64,000 nt of DNA, taken from sequence record OM782452.1. One strand, given 5' to 3'. The notes below the pieces were generated by a model, which had not been told where the DNA came from, ran no database searches, and saw nothing but the letters and a program-made list of their open reading frames with translations. Below, one piece after another: positions 1-11,295 of the stretch (positions within the stretch are counted from its first letter, which is position 1; each line of letters starts with the position of its first letter). This stretch comes from Pseudomonas phage vB_PaeP_TUMS_P10. The position numbers and the translations under genes were made by a program.

Positions 1-290
1 AAGTCCGGGCCGTCGGTCAGGATCTTCGCCATCCATTCCCCGCGATAGTCAGCGTCGATTACCCCACAGGTATTGCGAAGACGTACACCCATCTTGGCTC
101 CAACTCCCGAACGGGGAAGTAGCAGAGCTACGAAGCCAGGCGGGATAGCCGTAGAGAAGCCCAACGGAACGAGTTTGTCCGTGTTCATCTTGGCTTCGCC
201 GGCCTCCGGCATGTAGATATCGAAACCACCTGCGGTATCACTACCACGGGTAGGCATGATAAAGTCCTCGCACAGCGCTTTAATTTCCAT
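1..290 (-). CDS. dut: dUTPase, runs off left edge of window (3' end of gene missing)
   Basis: Reverse translation reads MEIKALCEDFIMPTRGSDTAGGFDIY...LLLPRSG...GVIDADYRGE, the classic dUTPase motifs. AAGGAG lies 6 nt upstream of the ATG at 290. Not in the ORF track because there is no stop within the window. Confidence 0.8.
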   Translation of the reverse strand, partial: MEIKALCEDFIMPTRGSDTAGGFDIYMPEAGEAKMNTDKLVPLGFSTAIPPGFVALLLPRSGVGAKMGVRLRNTCGVIDADYRGEWMAKILTDGPD

Positions 291-312
291 TTGATCTCCT
301 TTGGAGTGGATG

Positions 313-2475
313 ATGAATCAAGATAATGAGCTACCTCCCCAGGAGGTAACAGCGCCTGCCAAGTTGCAGCCGGATTGGAGCAATGCCCCAAACCTGTCGC
401 AACTGAAGCAGGACTTTGATGATGGCAAGCAAGTAGCCGAAGCCCAGATCTCCAAGATCAAGCAGTGGCTAGATTACATGCATGCCACTGGTGAAGGTAA
501 AGCCAGGGCACCGAAAGGTCGATCTCAGGTACAGCCGAAGCTGATTCGTAAGCAGGCCGAGTGGCGATACGCTTCCCTGAGTGAACCGTTCCTCTCCAGT
601 CCCAACGTGTTCAACGTTGAGCCGGTTACCTGGGAGGATGTGGAAGCTGCCCGCCAGAACCAGATGGTCCTGAACTACCAGTTCAACAACAAGTTGAACA
701 AGCAGAAGTTCATCGACACGTTCATTCGTGCAGCAGTGAACGAAGGTACTGCAATCGTCAAGACCGGCTGGGACTTCAGAACTCGTGAAGTGGAAGAGGT
801 GAAGATCACCTATGCCCTGTACGAGGACCAGTCTGCGATGCAAACCATGGAAGAGATTGCCCAGCTGAAGGCTGAGAGTCCTTCCGAATATCCTGAACTC
901 CCCGAGGAACTTCGCGTCGCTTTCGAGAACTATGAAAGTGATGGCATTCCCTACATCGCTATCCCGAATGGCAGCGAGAAAGTGAAGGTCCAGAAGACTG
1001 TAGTCAACCAACCAACCCTGAAGGTATGCGATTTCCGCAACATCGTCATCGATCCGTCTTGCAACGGTGACATGAACAAAGCGAAGTTCGTGGTTGAAAC
1101 CTTCGAAAGCTCCTATGCTGAACTGAAGGCTGATGGTCGATACAAGAACCTGGAGAAGATCAATGAACAGACCTCTGACATTCTATCCCAACCTGACTAC
1201 GCCACTGGGTCGGAGAGTGTTCGCAATTTCGACTTTGCTGACCGCTCCCGTAAAAGGCTTGTGGTTCATGAGTATTGGGGATATTACGATATTCATGGTG
1301 ACGGCGAGTTGCATTCTATTGTCGCAACTTGGGTAGGTCAGATCCTCATCCGTCTGGAACTGAACCCGTTCCCGGACGGTAAGATCCCCTATGTAGTTGC
1401 TGCATACCTGCCTGTGAAAGACAGTGTGTACGGTGACAGTGACGGATCTCTGTTGATCGACAACCAGAAGATCGTCGGTGCCATCTCTCGTGGGATGATC
1501 GACATCATGGCCCAATCGGCCAATGGTCAGGTTGGTTTCCAGAAGGGTGCATTGGATATCACCAACCGTCGGCGTTTTGAACGGGGTGAAACCTATGAGT
1601 TCAACCCAGGGAACAACCCGGCAACTGCGATCTACACCCATACCTTCCAGGAGATTCCGCGATCTGCTGAGTACATGCTGAACCAGCAGCAGCTGGAAGC
1701 GGAGTCGATGACTGGTGTGAAAGCTTTCAACACCGGCATCTCTGGCCAGGCATTGGGCGATACGGCTACTGGTATTCGCGGTGCTCTGGATGCTGCATCG
1801 AAACGGGAACTGGGCATCCTTCGTCGGCTGAGTGATTGCCTGATCGAAGTAGGTCGTCGTGTAATCGCGATGAACGCTGAGTTCCTGGATGACGAAGAAG
1901 TCATTCGGATCACCAACGAAGGGTTCGTTACTGTTCGTCGTGACGATCTTGCCGGTGAGTTCGATCTGCGGTTGAGTATCAGCACTGCTGAAGAAGACAA
2001 CGCCAAGGTTGCCGACTTGAGCTTCATGCTTCAAACCATGGGGCCGAACCTGGAATGGGGAATGAACCAGATGATTCTGGCGGAGATTGCGGAACTGAAG
2101 AAGATGCCAGACTTGGCACATCAGATTCGTAACTACCAGCCGCAACCGGATCCGATTGCTCAGCGTAAGGCCGAACTGGAAGTTGCTCTGCTGGAAGCAC
2201 AAGTTCAGGAAACTCTGGCCAAGGCACAGCAGGCTGCAAGTACTGGTTACCTCAATACCAGCAAAGCTGGCACCGAAGGTCAGAAAGCTCGTGCTCTGGG
2301 TAGTCAGGCAGACCTTGCAGATCTGGACTTCGTTGAACGTGAGTCTGGTGTAACTCAGGAACGAGAACTGGAGAAGACGAGGGTACAAGCTGATGCTCAA
2401 GCACAGGGAAGACTCTTGGATTCCATAGTCCGCCGCAATGAAGAGGCAACTGTAGCCAGGACTTCCAAACGATAA
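313..2475 (+). CDS. portal protein (N4 gp59-like)
   Basis: About 720 aa, first gene of the structural block and followed by scaffold-like and capsid genes. The ORF track starts at a TTG at 301; GGAG at 303-306 sits 6 nt before the ATG at 313. Confidence 0.6.
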   Translation: MNQDNELPPQEVTAPAKLQPDWSNAPNLSQLKQDFDDGKQVAEAQISKIKQWLDYMHATGEGKARAPKGRSQVQPKLIRKQAEWRYASLSEPFLSSPNVFNVEPVTWEDVEAARQNQMVLNYQFNNKLNKQKFIDTFIRAAVNEGTAIVKTGWDFRTREVEEVKITYALYEDQSAMQTMEEIAQLKAESPSEYPELPEELRVAFENYESDGIPYIAIPNGSEKVKVQKTVVNQPTLKVCDFRNIVIDPSCNGDMNKAKFVVETFESSYAELKADGRYKNLEKINEQTSDILSQPDYATGSESVRNFDFADRSRKRLVVHEYWGYYDIHGDGELHSIVATWVGQILIRLELNPFPDGKIPYVVAAYLPVKDSVYGDSDGSLLIDNQKIVGAISRGMIDIMAQSANGQVGFQKGALDITNRRRFERGETYEFNPGNNPATAIYTHTFQEIPRSAEYMLNQQQLEAESMTGVKAFNTGISGQALGDTATGIRGALDAASKRELGILRRLSDCLIEVGRRVIAMNAEFLDDEEVIRITNEGFVTVRRDDLAGEFDLRLSISTAEEDNAKVADLSFMLQTMGPNLEWGMNQMILAEIAELKKMPDLAHQIRNYQPQPDPIAQRKAELEVALLEAQVQETLAKAQQAASTGYLNTSKAGTEGQKARALGSQADLADLDFVERESGVTQERELEKTRVQADAQAQGRLLDSIVRRNEEATVARTSKR

Positions 2476-2491
2476 ACTAACTATGTATATT

Positions 2492-2516
2492 AGAGCCACC
2501 CTTACCCGGTGGCTCT
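2492..2516 (+). other. 9-bp stem hairpin after portal gene (no T-run)
   Basis: AGAGCCACC-cttaccc-GGTGGCTCT. Confidence 0.3.
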
Positions 2517-2541
2517 GTCCACTTAACCAGAGAGAAATGAG

Positions 2542-2883
2542 ATGAACTCGACCATTAAAGAAATTCAAGTCAGTGTCCAGGAACTGCGGGACCACATCAA
2601 AGCAGGTGAAGCACTGGAACGTCTTCGCCGGAACAGTGACTTCCATCTCGTGGTCAGTCATGGCTATCTGGAAGAAGAAGCCATCCGACTGGTCCACAGC
2701 CGCAGCGACATGTCGAACCAAGGTCTGGCCGAAGCCAACCTTCGTGACATCGAAGCTATCTCGTCCTTCCGCGACTTCCTGATGAACCTGGCCCGTCGGG
2801 CCGAACAAGCCAAGGGCGCGCTGGAGATCTACGAGCGTGATCTGCTGGAAGCCGAGGCCGAAGCAGAAGAGGCAGGTGAATAA
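2542..2883 (+). CDS. hypothetical protein (head module)
   Basis: 113-aa ORF between the portal and scaffold-like genes with an SD-like AGAGA upstream. Confidence 0.5.
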   Translation: MNSTIKEIQVSVQELRDHIKAGEALERLRRNSDFHLVVSHGYLEEEAIRLVHSRSDMSNQGLAEANLRDIEAISSFRDFLMNLARRAEQAKGALEIYERDLLEAEAEAEEAGE

Positions 2884-2885
2884 CC

Positions 2886-4112
2886 ATGGCTGATCTCGAC
2901 TTCCTCGACATGCCGGATGACGAACTCCCCGAGTTCGAATCGGTACGCGAACAGATCGAAGAAGCGGATGCCAAAGAACCGGAGGGGCGTGAAGACGCCT
3001 CTGCTGGTTTGTCCGCTGAAGAACAAGAGCAAGCCGAACTGGAAGCTCAAGTTCAACCCGAAGACGACGATGACGAACACGTCGGCGAGCAGTTGGGTGA
3101 TGAAGATACCCCTGCTGAAGAAGAAGACCCCGCCGAGGATGAAGACGGCGAAGCTAACGAGGATGAGGCGCCAGCCGAGTCCGAAGTTACGGATGCCGGC
3201 GAATCCGAAGGCAAAGAGCAAGAGAAGGAAACCGAACAAGCAACTGCTCCTGAAGAGGATGTAGTTAAGTTCCGTGATACGATCCTTGCTCCGTTCAAAG
3301 CCAATGGTCGAGAGATCCAGGTGAAGAACGCCGAGGAGGCACAACGTCTGATGCAGATGGGTGCCAACTACAACCAGAAGATGCAGGCACTCAAGCCGCA
3401 TCTCGCTCTGCTGCGACAGTTGGAGGACGCCAACCTGGCATCTCCTGAAGCAGTGGGGCAGATCTTGGATTTGCTCAAGCACAAGAAGCCGGAAGCGATT
3501 GCTGCCCTGGCCAAAAGTGCAGGGGTAGATCCGCTGGATATCGATGAGAAGAAGGTCGAAGGCTATAAGCCCCAGGCTGTTCAAATCGATCCGGTTGCCG
3601 AGGCAATGTCGGATGCACTGGATGCTATCCAACATTCGCAACACTACACTCGTGTAGTTAACACTGCCAAGGCATTCGACTCGCAGTCCAAGAAGTGGCT
3701 TTCCGAGAACCCTGCTATTCTGGGTTATATGGAGAGTCAGATGAGTAACGGCGTATTCGATATTATCGATGCCGAAGTTGCTCGTCGTAAGATTCTGGAT
3801 CCGCGAGTTAGCAACGCCCCGTACTTGCAGGTTTACCAGCAAGTTGGTGAAGAACTTCAGAAGCAAGGAGCTTTCGCTGCTATCGAACAAGCTGCGGCCA
3901 ATGCTCAGGCAGTTAAAACTCCCGCTGCTCCTGTTAAGGTCACTACTGCTGGTGCTAAACCTGCTAGTGCGGCTGTTAATGCGCGTAAACGTGCAGCTGC
4001 TCCTACTTCTTCTTCCACTCCGCGTAAAACTCAGGCAAACTACAACCCGCTTGATATGTCGGATGAAGAGTTCGAGAAGCATTCGGCACAACACTTCAAA
4101 TATATTCACTGA
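2886..4112 (+). CDS. putative scaffolding/head-assembly protein with extremely acidic N-terminal region
   Basis: 408 aa. Positioned between portal and major capsid genes. First ~130 aa are D/E-rich low complexity, then a helical-looking region. AGGTGA RBS. Confidence 0.45.
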   Translation: MADLDFLDMPDDELPEFESVREQIEEADAKEPEGREDASAGLSAEEQEQAELEAQVQPEDDDDEHVGEQLGDEDTPAEEEDPAEDEDGEANEDEAPAESEVTDAGESEGKEQEKETEQATAPEEDVVKFRDTILAPFKANGREIQVKNAEEAQRLMQMGANYNQKMQALKPHLALLRQLEDANLASPEAVGQILDLLKHKKPEAIAALAKSAGVDPLDIDEKKVEGYKPQAVQIDPVAEAMSDALDAIQHSQHYTRVVNTAKAFDSQSKKWLSENPAILGYMESQMSNGVFDIIDAEVARRKILDPRVSNAPYLQVYQQVGEELQKQGAFAAIEQAAANAQAVKTPAAPVKVTTAGAKPASAAVNARKRAAAPTSSSTPRKTQANYNPLDMSDEEFEKHSAQHFKYIH

Positions 4113-4138
4113 ACTGCAACTGAAAGAGGAAATGAGCA

Positions 4139-5332
4139 ATGGCCGCTCCAGATCCGTACAAGCCCGGTAAGTACAACGACCCTGCGGGCGGGGTAGAGTC
4201 CAGTATCGGTCCGCAAACGCAGACTCAGTACTGGATGAAGCAAGCTCTGATCGACGCCCGTAAAGAGGCGTACTTCGGTCAGCTGGCTTCCGTCTTCGGC
4301 ATGCCGAAGCACTACGGCAAGAAGATCGTCCGCATGCACTACATCCCGCTGCTCGACGACCGCAACATCAACGACCAGGGCATCGACGCTTCCGGCGCTA
4401 CCATCGCCAACGGCAACCTCTACGGTTCCAGCCGTGACGTGGGCACCATCGTCGGCAAGATGCCGACCCTCACCGAAGTCGGCGGTCGTGTGAACCGCGT
4501 TGGCTTCAAGCGCGTTCTGCTCGAAGGCAAGCTGGAAAAGTACGGCTTCTTCCGGGAGTACACCCAGGAGTCGCTGGACTTCGATAGCGACGCAGAACTG
4601 GACATGCACGTTGGACGTGAGATGCTGAAAGGCGCCAACGAGATGACCGAAGACCTGCTCCAGATCGACCTGCTCAACAGCGCCGGCGTCGTCCGTTATC
4701 CGGGCGCAGCCACCCAGGACAGCGAAGTGGATGCCACCACGGAAGTCACCTACGACTCCCTGATGCGCCTCAACATCGACCTGGACAACAACCGCGCCCC
4801 GAAGGGCACCAAGATGATCACCGGCACCCGGATGATCGACACCCGCACCATTCCGGGATGCCGTCCGCTGTACTGCGGCAGTGAACTGATTCCGACCCTG
4901 AAAGCCATGAAGGACAACCACGGCAATCCGGCGTTCATCTCCATCGAGAAGTACGCGGCTGGCGGCAACACCTTCATCGGCGAGATCGGTGCAATCGATC
5001 AGTTCCGCATCATCATCAACCCGCAGATGATGCACTGGCAGGGCGCCGGTAAGGCAGTCGATCCGGCTGCCGACGGCTACCACGACTTCAACGACAAGTA
5101 CAGCATCTTCCCGATGCTGGTGATCTCGTCCGAGGCGTTCACCACCGTTGGTTTCCAGACCGACGGCAAGAACGTCAAGTTCAAGATCTACAACAAGAAG
5201 CCTGGCGAAGCGACCGCTGACCGCCTGGATCCTTACGGCGAAATGGGCTTCATGTCCATCAAGTGGTACTACGGCTTCATGGTGTACCGTCCCGAGTGGA
5301 TCGCGCTCATCAAGACCGTAGCCCGCCTGTAA
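4139..5332 (+). CDS. major capsid protein (N4 gp56-like)
   Basis: 397 aa downstream of the scaffold-like gene and followed by a strong intrinsic terminator. N-terminus and size fit N4-like MCP. Confidence 0.75.
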   Translation: MAAPDPYKPGKYNDPAGGVESSIGPQTQTQYWMKQALIDARKEAYFGQLASVFGMPKHYGKKIVRMHYIPLLDDRNINDQGIDASGATIANGNLYGSSRDVGTIVGKMPTLTEVGGRVNRVGFKRVLLEGKLEKYGFFREYTQESLDFDSDAELDMHVGREMLKGANEMTEDLLQIDLLNSAGVVRYPGAATQDSEVDATTEVTYDSLMRLNIDLDNNRAPKGTKMITGTRMIDTRTIPGCRPLYCGSELIPTLKAMKDNHGNPAFISIEKYAAGGNTFIGEIGAIDQFRIIINPQMMHWQGAGKAVDPAADGYHDFNDKYSIFPMLVISSEAFTTVGFQTDGKNVKFKIYNKKPGEATADRLDPYGEMGFMSIKWYYGFMVYRPEWIALIKTVARL

Positions 5333-5340
5333 GGTAGGCT

Positions 5341-5368
5341 GGAGGGGAGGGAAACCTCCCCTTTTTTA
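5341..5368 (+). terminator. rho-independent terminator after capsid gene
   Basis: GGGGAGG-GAAA-CCTCCCC hairpin followed by T6. Confidence 0.8.
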
Positions 5369-5391
5369 ACTCCGCCCAGAGGAATCAAACC

Positions 5392-6030
5392 ATGTCTCTC
5401 GACAACGCCCTGAACAACGAAGTCCAAGATCCCACCGAAGAAGATCCGGCTGCTCTGCCGCAGCGTTCCGAACTGGAAGTCCTGCAAGAGCGCGCGACCC
5501 AACTGGGTCTGAAGTTCCGTTCCAACACCGGCGTGGACAAGCTCCGTGCCATGGTCAATGCCGCCATCGAAGGCGAAACCATCGTAGACGAGGAAGAAGA
5601 AGTGTCCGAAACCGCCATCCCGCAGCCGAGCGCCCTGGCCGCTGCCGCTGAAGAAGCCGAAACCCCGAACCAGCGTAAGCGCCGCCAGCGTAACGAAGCA
5701 CGCAAGCTCGTCCGCTGCCGCATCACCTGCCACAACCCGAACAAGACCGAGTGGGAAAGCGAGATCTTCACCTTCGGTAACGATGTCGTCGGCACCCTGC
5801 GTCGCTGCGTTCCGTTCGAAACCGACTGGCACGTCGAAGCCGCCTTGCTCAACATGATCAAGGCCCGCAACTACCAGCACTTCTACAACGCCAAGGATCC
5901 GAGCACCGGCAAGACCTACCGTACCTCCAAGCAGGTACGTGAGTTCGCCATCGAGATCCTGCCGCCGCTGACCGAAGCGGAACTGGAAGACCTGCGCCAA
6001 GCACAAGCCGCTCGCGGCACGCTGGATTAA
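5392..6030 (+). CDS. virion structural protein, hypothetical
   Basis: 212 aa in the structural block with an AGAGGAA RBS. Confidence 0.5.
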   Translation: MSLDNALNNEVQDPTEEDPAALPQRSELEVLQERATQLGLKFRSNTGVDKLRAMVNAAIEGETIVDEEEEVSETAIPQPSALAAAAEEAETPNQRKRRQRNEARKLVRCRITCHNPNKTEWESEIFTFGNDVVGTLRRCVPFETDWHVEAALLNMIKARNYQHFYNAKDPSTGKTYRTSKQVREFAIEILPPLTEAELEDLRQAQAARGTLD

Positions 6031-6040
6031 GGAGTAAGCC

Positions 6041-7006
6041 ATGGCTGCCCAACCCATCACACTGAAGGACTTGACCGAGGTCAAGATCACCGGTGAAGGT
6101 GCGTTCGATCAGCTGATGCAGGCACTGCGGAATCACCTGGCTGAAGAACGTTCCAAAGGTCGAATGAAAGACCAGGAATACGGCCAGGTTCTTTCCGCTG
6201 GTATCGCAGCCATTCTTCAGAATGCTGTGGTATTCCTGCTTCAGAAGGATGAAGCGGCCAACAAGGCTGCCTTGATCGAAGCACAGATCAAGCTCACCGA
6301 GAAACAAGGTGAGTTGATCGACAAGCAGATCCTGAAGGAAGAGCATGACGCTGAACTGATTAAGGCCAAGACCAAGCTGACCCTGGAACAGGCGAAGCTG
6401 CCGGAGTCCCAGATCAAGTCTGCTGGTTTCCAAGACCTGCTGACCCAAGAGCAGACCAAGATGCCTGCTGCTCAGATCCGCAAGCTGGATGCTGAGATCA
6501 CCAGTCAAGGTTTCCAAGACCTGCAAGTGCAGGCGACCACCAAGCGGGTGGACCAGGAAACCAAGAACTTGGTATCGCAGAACTCGGTCATCCTGAAGCA
6601 AGCGGAACAGCTGACCCAGCAGATCCTGAATGCGAAACAGGAACTGCTCAACTTGGTTGCCCAGGAGTGTCTGCTGAAGGCCCAGTACGACCTGACCATG
6701 GAACAGAAGCTGAGCACCACTGCACAGACTGCACTGGTACAGCAGAAGACCAATACCGAACGAGCACAGACCGTCGCCTCCGGTACTGATCCTGATTCCG
6801 TCATCGGTCGTCAGAAGGCTCTGTACCTGGCACAGTCGGAAGGCTTCAAGCGAGACGCCGAGCAGAAGGCTGCGAAGATCCTGGTGGATTCCTGGAACGT
6901 GCGTCGTACAACTGACGAAGGCACTGTGGCTGACCAGACCAACGGCCTGTTCGACCCGAACATCGGGAGGGCTATCAACAAGCTCCTCTCTGGTGCAGGG
7001 GCGTAA
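6041..7006 (+). CDS. coiled-coil virion protein, hypothetical
   Basis: 321 aa, K/E/Q-rich heptad-like sequence, AAGGAG RBS. Confidence 0.5.
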   Translation: MAAQPITLKDLTEVKITGEGAFDQLMQALRNHLAEERSKGRMKDQEYGQVLSAGIAAILQNAVVFLLQKDEAANKAALIEAQIKLTEKQGELIDKQILKEEHDAELIKAKTKLTLEQAKLPESQIKSAGFQDLLTQEQTKMPAAQIRKLDAEITSQGFQDLQVQATTKRVDQETKNLVSQNSVILKQAEQLTQQILNAKQELLNLVAQECLLKAQYDLTMEQKLSTTAQTALVQQKTNTERAQTVASGTDPDSVIGRQKALYLAQSEGFKRDAEQKAAKILVDSWNVRRTTDEGTVADQTNGLFDPNIGRAINKLLSGAGA

Positions 7007-7024
7007 GCAGTTAGGTGTACACTA

Positions 7025-7047
7025 GGGGGACTTCGGTCCCCCTTTTT
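7025..7047 (+). terminator. rho-independent terminator
   Basis: GGGGGAC-TTCG-GTCCCCC hairpin followed by T5. Confidence 0.8.
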
Positions 7048-7059
7048 CATGAGGCGAAT

Positions 7060-9279
7060 ATGGGAATCTTCAGTGTAAAAAAGAAGGTGGTAGTGAATAC
7101 CACTGTGCAACGTGTATTCGAAGAGACATCGATTCCTGATTCCCCCAAGTCGGGGATCATTAAAGGAATCATGGCTGGTGATGATCTCGTCGAATACATG
7201 CTGGAGCAGACTTCTGGAAGTCTGGGTATCCGTGCAGATGTTGGGTACAACTGGGCAAAGTCCAATGACTACTTCTGGGGTATGCCTCAGAGCAAGATCC
7301 TCAGTGGCATTGATGCACGTCAGATCGTTGCTCAAACCATCGCCAGAAGTGAAGGTCCGATCACTACCTACTACAACAATTACGGGGCACTGAACTCCAT
7401 TCATTGGGCCTACACTGAGTGCATCCGTCTGTGGCAATGGAACCCAACCACCAACAGGCTTCCTGGTTTGGAAGCCGGGCGTGGACAGGTGTTCCTATAT
7501 GACGCAGTACCCTACTATTCTCAGGACACCCTGGATTGGAATAAGGATGTATTCACCCTTGGTTTGTTGGAGAACTGGGGCTTCAGCCCATTGTCTGGTG
7601 TGACTCCCTCTCGGCCCTACAACACAGTTGGAGGCATGGGGCAGTATGCAAACCAGAGTCCTTACAAGCAGTCCGCTGATGGGACAGACTATGTGCTGAT
7701 TACCTATGAGTGGAAAGACGCTAATGGGATTATCCAGAAGGGTACTCATCGCCTAAACATGACCATGGACCTGGAAGCTGACTACCATCAAGTTAGGTTC
7801 CGTCGTAATAACGGCACTGTAGGTTTCTTCACCTACAAGCAAGGAAGCGGTACTTACCCTGACATTGACGGTGTGTTCACCATCAAGTATGAAGCCGCTG
7901 GCACTTATTACCCATGGGCGTATTTCCACTTCAACAAGTTGCCGGCTCAGGCACAGGGTGCTAAAGCATTCTGGGACTGTAAGAAGTGGTGCCGCTATCT
8001 GGGTGCTGACTATGAGAAGTTGATGGACACCGTGCAGTTGGACCCCAACTTGCAAGATGTTCAGCAATCCATCCTGTTCATGGGAGTCAACCCAGGATCC
8101 GAAGAACAGTACGATCAGAACTATCTGTTCGAGTACTGTGCCTGGCTTTACCACAATGGAATCAGGCAACGGCAGAAAGCACAGGGTTTGCCAGACAAGT
8201 TCGGCGACTACTCCAATGCCTTGGACCAGGTGATTACCATTCAGGATAAGCACTTTGGAATGGACTTCAGTTATTCCGGTATCAAGTTCGAACGTAAGAC
8301 TGGCAAGGTAGCTCCAGTCGGGAAGTTCACAGGTAAGCAGCTGACCGCAGAGAATAGCTCTGGATTGCTGTCCACTATCCAACCTGCTTACCGGTATCAG
8401 AAGCAAGTGCTGGATGCTGTGTACGAAGAGGTGACTATCTTCAACCCTCAGTTGCACTACCGGGTTACTCATAAGAAGGGTCACGTAGCTGGTCCAGGAG
8501 CTAAGGAACTACTGTTCCCCCTGGACAAAGCTATTGTGGATCAGCTGTCTGTGAGGGGTAAGGAGAAGTTGCTCGCTCGTGCTTTGCATATGTGCGTGAA
8601 CACGTTGACCATTATCAAGGCGCCCTGGTACTCCAGTAACTTCTTCAAGATCATCCTGATTGCAGTAGCTATTGTGGTGACTGTGTTCACTCTCGGACAA
8701 GCATGGCAAACCATTATGGCAGCAGCTGCACTTGGTGCTACCGCATTGGCCATCACTGTCCTACAGATGATCGTCACTGCTATCGCTATCGACTACGGTG
8801 TGAAGTTGTTTGTGAAGACCGTAGGTGCTGAACTTGGTCTTCTGGCTGCTGTTCTCCTCATGGCTGTAAGTGCTTACGGTATGAGTACCGAAGCCACTTG
8901 GAGTGAGAACTTGATGGCCATCAGTTCGAACATGGCCAAGACTGCTTCCCAGGACTTCCAAGCTGAGATGGCTCAGCTGATGAAAGACATCTCCGCAGAG
9001 TTGGCTACTTTCGATGATATGATGGCGGAACTGGACGATACTGCTAAGGAACTTGGTTTGGGTAAAACCCCACTCCTTGGTCCGCTGGACGTAATGCACA
9101 TGTCCCCAGCAATCATCCCAGGGGAAACCCCAGGAGACTTCTTCCAGCGAACGATTCATACTGGCAACATAGGGGCGGCTAGCTTGGATGTGGCACAGCA
9201 CTTCGTTGCAACCAAGCTCACCCTCCCTGAGATCAACGAAACCATCAACGAGGTGAATGGCTATGGCGTATCCGTATAG
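7060..9279 (+). CDS. large virion protein with C-terminal transmembrane helices (possible ejection/injection protein)
   Basis: The ORF-track start at 7015 lies inside the terminator hairpin. GAGG plus the ATG at 7060 is the likely start. About 739 aa with hydrophobic helices near residues 540-610. Confidence 0.5.
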   Translation: MGIFSVKKKVVVNTTVQRVFEETSIPDSPKSGIIKGIMAGDDLVEYMLEQTSGSLGIRADVGYNWAKSNDYFWGMPQSKILSGIDARQIVAQTIARSEGPITTYYNNYGALNSIHWAYTECIRLWQWNPTTNRLPGLEAGRGQVFLYDAVPYYSQDTLDWNKDVFTLGLLENWGFSPLSGVTPSRPYNTVGGMGQYANQSPYKQSADGTDYVLITYEWKDANGIIQKGTHRLNMTMDLEADYHQVRFRRNNGTVGFFTYKQGSGTYPDIDGVFTIKYEAAGTYYPWAYFHFNKLPAQAQGAKAFWDCKKWCRYLGADYEKLMDTVQLDPNLQDVQQSILFMGVNPGSEEQYDQNYLFEYCAWLYHNGIRQRQKAQGLPDKFGDYSNALDQVITIQDKHFGMDFSYSGIKFERKTGKVAPVGKFTGKQLTAENSSGLLSTIQPAYRYQKQVLDAVYEEVTIFNPQLHYRVTHKKGHVAGPGAKELLFPLDKAIVDQLSVRGKEKLLARALHMCVNTLTIIKAPWYSSNFFKIILIAVAIVVTVFTLGQAWQTIMAAAALGATALAITVLQMIVTAIAIDYGVKLFVKTVGAELGLLAAVLLMAVSAYGMSTEATWSENLMAISSNMAKTASQDFQAEMAQLMKDISAELATFDDMMAELDDTAKELGLGKTPLLGPLDVMHMSPAIIPGETPGDFFQRTIHTGNIGAASLDVAQHFVATKLTLPEINETINEVNGYGVSV

Positions 9280-9733
9280 CAACAACCCCTTCGGAGTCGA
9301 GTTGGACCTGTCCACTCTTGGCTCCTTTGGTTTGGGTGGACCCCAGACCAACATTCAGATGCCGAGCATTAATGTCGGTGCTGACGCTGCTCCTGCTCAA
9401 GGTCTGGCGAATCTCATGTCTGGCTTCGGTGGGTTCTTCAACCAAGAATCCATGTTCGGGGGTGTCTCCGAATCCGGTGCCCGTACCGGTGGCTGGGTGA
9501 TGCCCGCACTCGGTATCGGTCAAGCACTCTTGGGTATGCAAGCTGGTAAACGCCAGGAGAAGTTTGCACGAGATCAGTTGGCAGAGAGCCGTCGCCAGTT
9601 CGACCTGAACTTCGGTGCTCAACGCCAATCCATCAATACCCAACTGGAGGACCGTCAACGTGCTCGGGTAGCTTCCAACCCCGGTGCGTATGAGTCCGTA
9701 GACAAGTACATGGAACGGAATCGGATTCGCTAA
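9257..9733 (+). CDS. hypothetical Gly-rich virion protein
   Basis: 158 aa, GAGGTGA RBS, overlaps the upstream gene end. Confidence 0.45.
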   Translation: MAMAYPYSNNPFGVELDLSTLGSFGLGGPQTNIQMPSINVGADAAPAQGLANLMSGFGGFFNQESMFGGVSESGARTGGWVMPALGIGQALLGMQAGKRQEKFARDQLAESRRQFDLNFGAQRQSINTQLEDRQRARVASNPGAYESVDKYMERNRIR

Positions 9734-11295
9734 TGCCGCCTATCACTTGGCGTAACATTGGAACCACGGTAAGCCCCGGCAGTGCTCGTTCGCTGACTGC
9801 CGGGACTACTGGTGTCCAATCTGCATTGGCTTCGCTCGGCGATATCATCAAGCAACAGCAAGAGATGGCCGTGGCGAATGCTGGTGTACAGCGTGAAGCC
9901 AACACGCAAAACTACCTGGACCAGGTTGCTTCGGCTGACCTGAGCCAACTCCAAGATCCTGATTTCGTCGCTGGTTTGGCGGGGCAACGTGATGCCATGG
10001 GCATGCGTTTGGACCGTGCCGCAACCCGTGATGCGATCCTCAACCGCAGGCAAGCCCTGCAAAAGGACACTGTTGCTCAACAGGCATTCGCCGATCAGCA
10101 GGCTGAAGTAGATCAGCGGGGAATCGTAGATGAACTACGGACCCTGGCTGCTCAAGGCCGTGGCCGTGATGTAGATGCCATCCTGGCTGAACGTCAGTTG
10201 ATCAACGAGGGCGAGATCCGTAAGGAACTGGCGGGTGTCCAAGACAACCTGATGCAACGTCAGTACCGGGCAGCCGGTGAACAACGTGCTCAGGCTGCTG
10301 CGGACCGTGCTGCTGAAGCTCACCAGTTGTCCATGACTGCTAGTCGGGAGAACTTGGCGTACCAGCGTGATCTGCGTCAGGACGCAGCACGCGAACGGAA
10401 TGACAACAAGCTGGCCGACAGTGCAGTAATGGAGATCTCCAACCAGTTCCGGGAAAGCCGGGAAACGGCCAATGCTCTGTTGCGGGATATCGGCAAAGAG
10501 CAGGGTCTTCCTACTGACGACACTGGTTTGCCGGATGTATCCCGTATGGATCCGGACCAAGAAGCCAGCTACCGAGAGGCAGTTCAGTCCTCTGGTTTGT
10601 CGGCCAACTTGTCGGCGACGAACGAGAAGCAAGCCTTGGTCAAGACCCTACGTGAGTCTGGTGCTTCGCCGTCTGCTATTCAGCGAGCCACGAAGCAACT
10701 GGACATCATGCAAGGCATGGATGCACTGGCACCTGAAGATGCTGTAAAGGCGGAGAACCAGGTGACTGCGGTCAATGCTGAGTTGGATCGAATCCAGAAG
10801 CAGATGACCCGCAACTACGAGACCGAGGTTGCTCGTAACCCGTTCATCGAACCGAGCAAGACTCCGCTGGAAGACGTTACGAAGACGGTGGAGAAACTGG
10901 GCAAAGCTGGTATGCCTGAATCGGAACGGCGTCTGGTTGCGGATACTCTGGTCGAATGGTCCACCAACGGTATGACTACCGATGGCGGTCAAAAGATCGT
11001 AGTTCCTTCCCAGTTGATCGCCGCTGCTGCTGCATCTACCGATGCCGATTCCTGGATCCGGAACGATGCGAAGAGTTACCTCAAGAACCTACAAAGTCTC
11101 TTGGGTAACAAGGGTATGGAGCAAATGGCCAAGGATGCAGATTCCGTGCGGTCGGACTTCCTCAAGGAGATGACCAAACTGGAAAATGACAAACTGGGTA
11201 ATGCCTATAGAGTAATCAACTCGGCAAAGGCCAAAAAGGGTGTTAGTATCAACCCCAATGACACCGTTGATCGATTGCTCAAAAGGAATTTCTGA
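9733..11295 (+). CDS. hypothetical coiled-coil virion protein
   Basis: 520 aa, Q/A/R/E-rich, TAATG overlap with the upstream gene. Confidence 0.45.
   Translation: MPPITWRNIGTTVSPGSARSLTAGTTGVQSALASLGDIIKQQQEMAVANAGVQREANTQNYLDQVASADLSQLQDPDFVAGLAGQRDAMGMRLDRAATRDAILNRRQALQKDTVAQQAFADQQAEVDQRGIVDELRTLAAQGRGRDVDAILAERQLINEGEIRKELAGVQDNLMQRQYRAAGEQRAQAAADRAAEAHQLSMTASRENLAYQRDLRQDAARERNDNKLADSAVMEISNQFRESRETANALLRDIGKEQGLPTDDTGLPDVSRMDPDQEASYREAVQSSGLSANLSATNEKQALVKTLRESGASPSAIQRATKQLDIMQGMDALAPEDAVKAENQVTAVNAELDRIQKQMTRNYETEVARNPFIEPSKTPLEDVTKTVEKLGKAGMPESERRLVADTLVEWSTNGMTTDGGQKIVVPSQLIAAAAASTDADSWIRNDAKSYLKNLQSLLGNKGMEQMAKDADSVRSDFLKEMTKLENDKLGNAYRVINSAKAKKGVSINPNDTVDRLLKRNF

Noticed and set aside
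301-312. ORF-track portal start at 301
   Set aside because: The codon at 301 is TTG. GGAG at 303-306 is correctly spaced for the ATG at 313, so the start was moved.
1183-5083. Long minus-strand ORFs antisense to the portal, scaffold and capsid genes (1183-2808, 2829-4139, 4106-5083)
   Set aside because: They are opposite well-supported structural genes that have RBSs and terminators. Their composition is antisense-like and they have no RBS.
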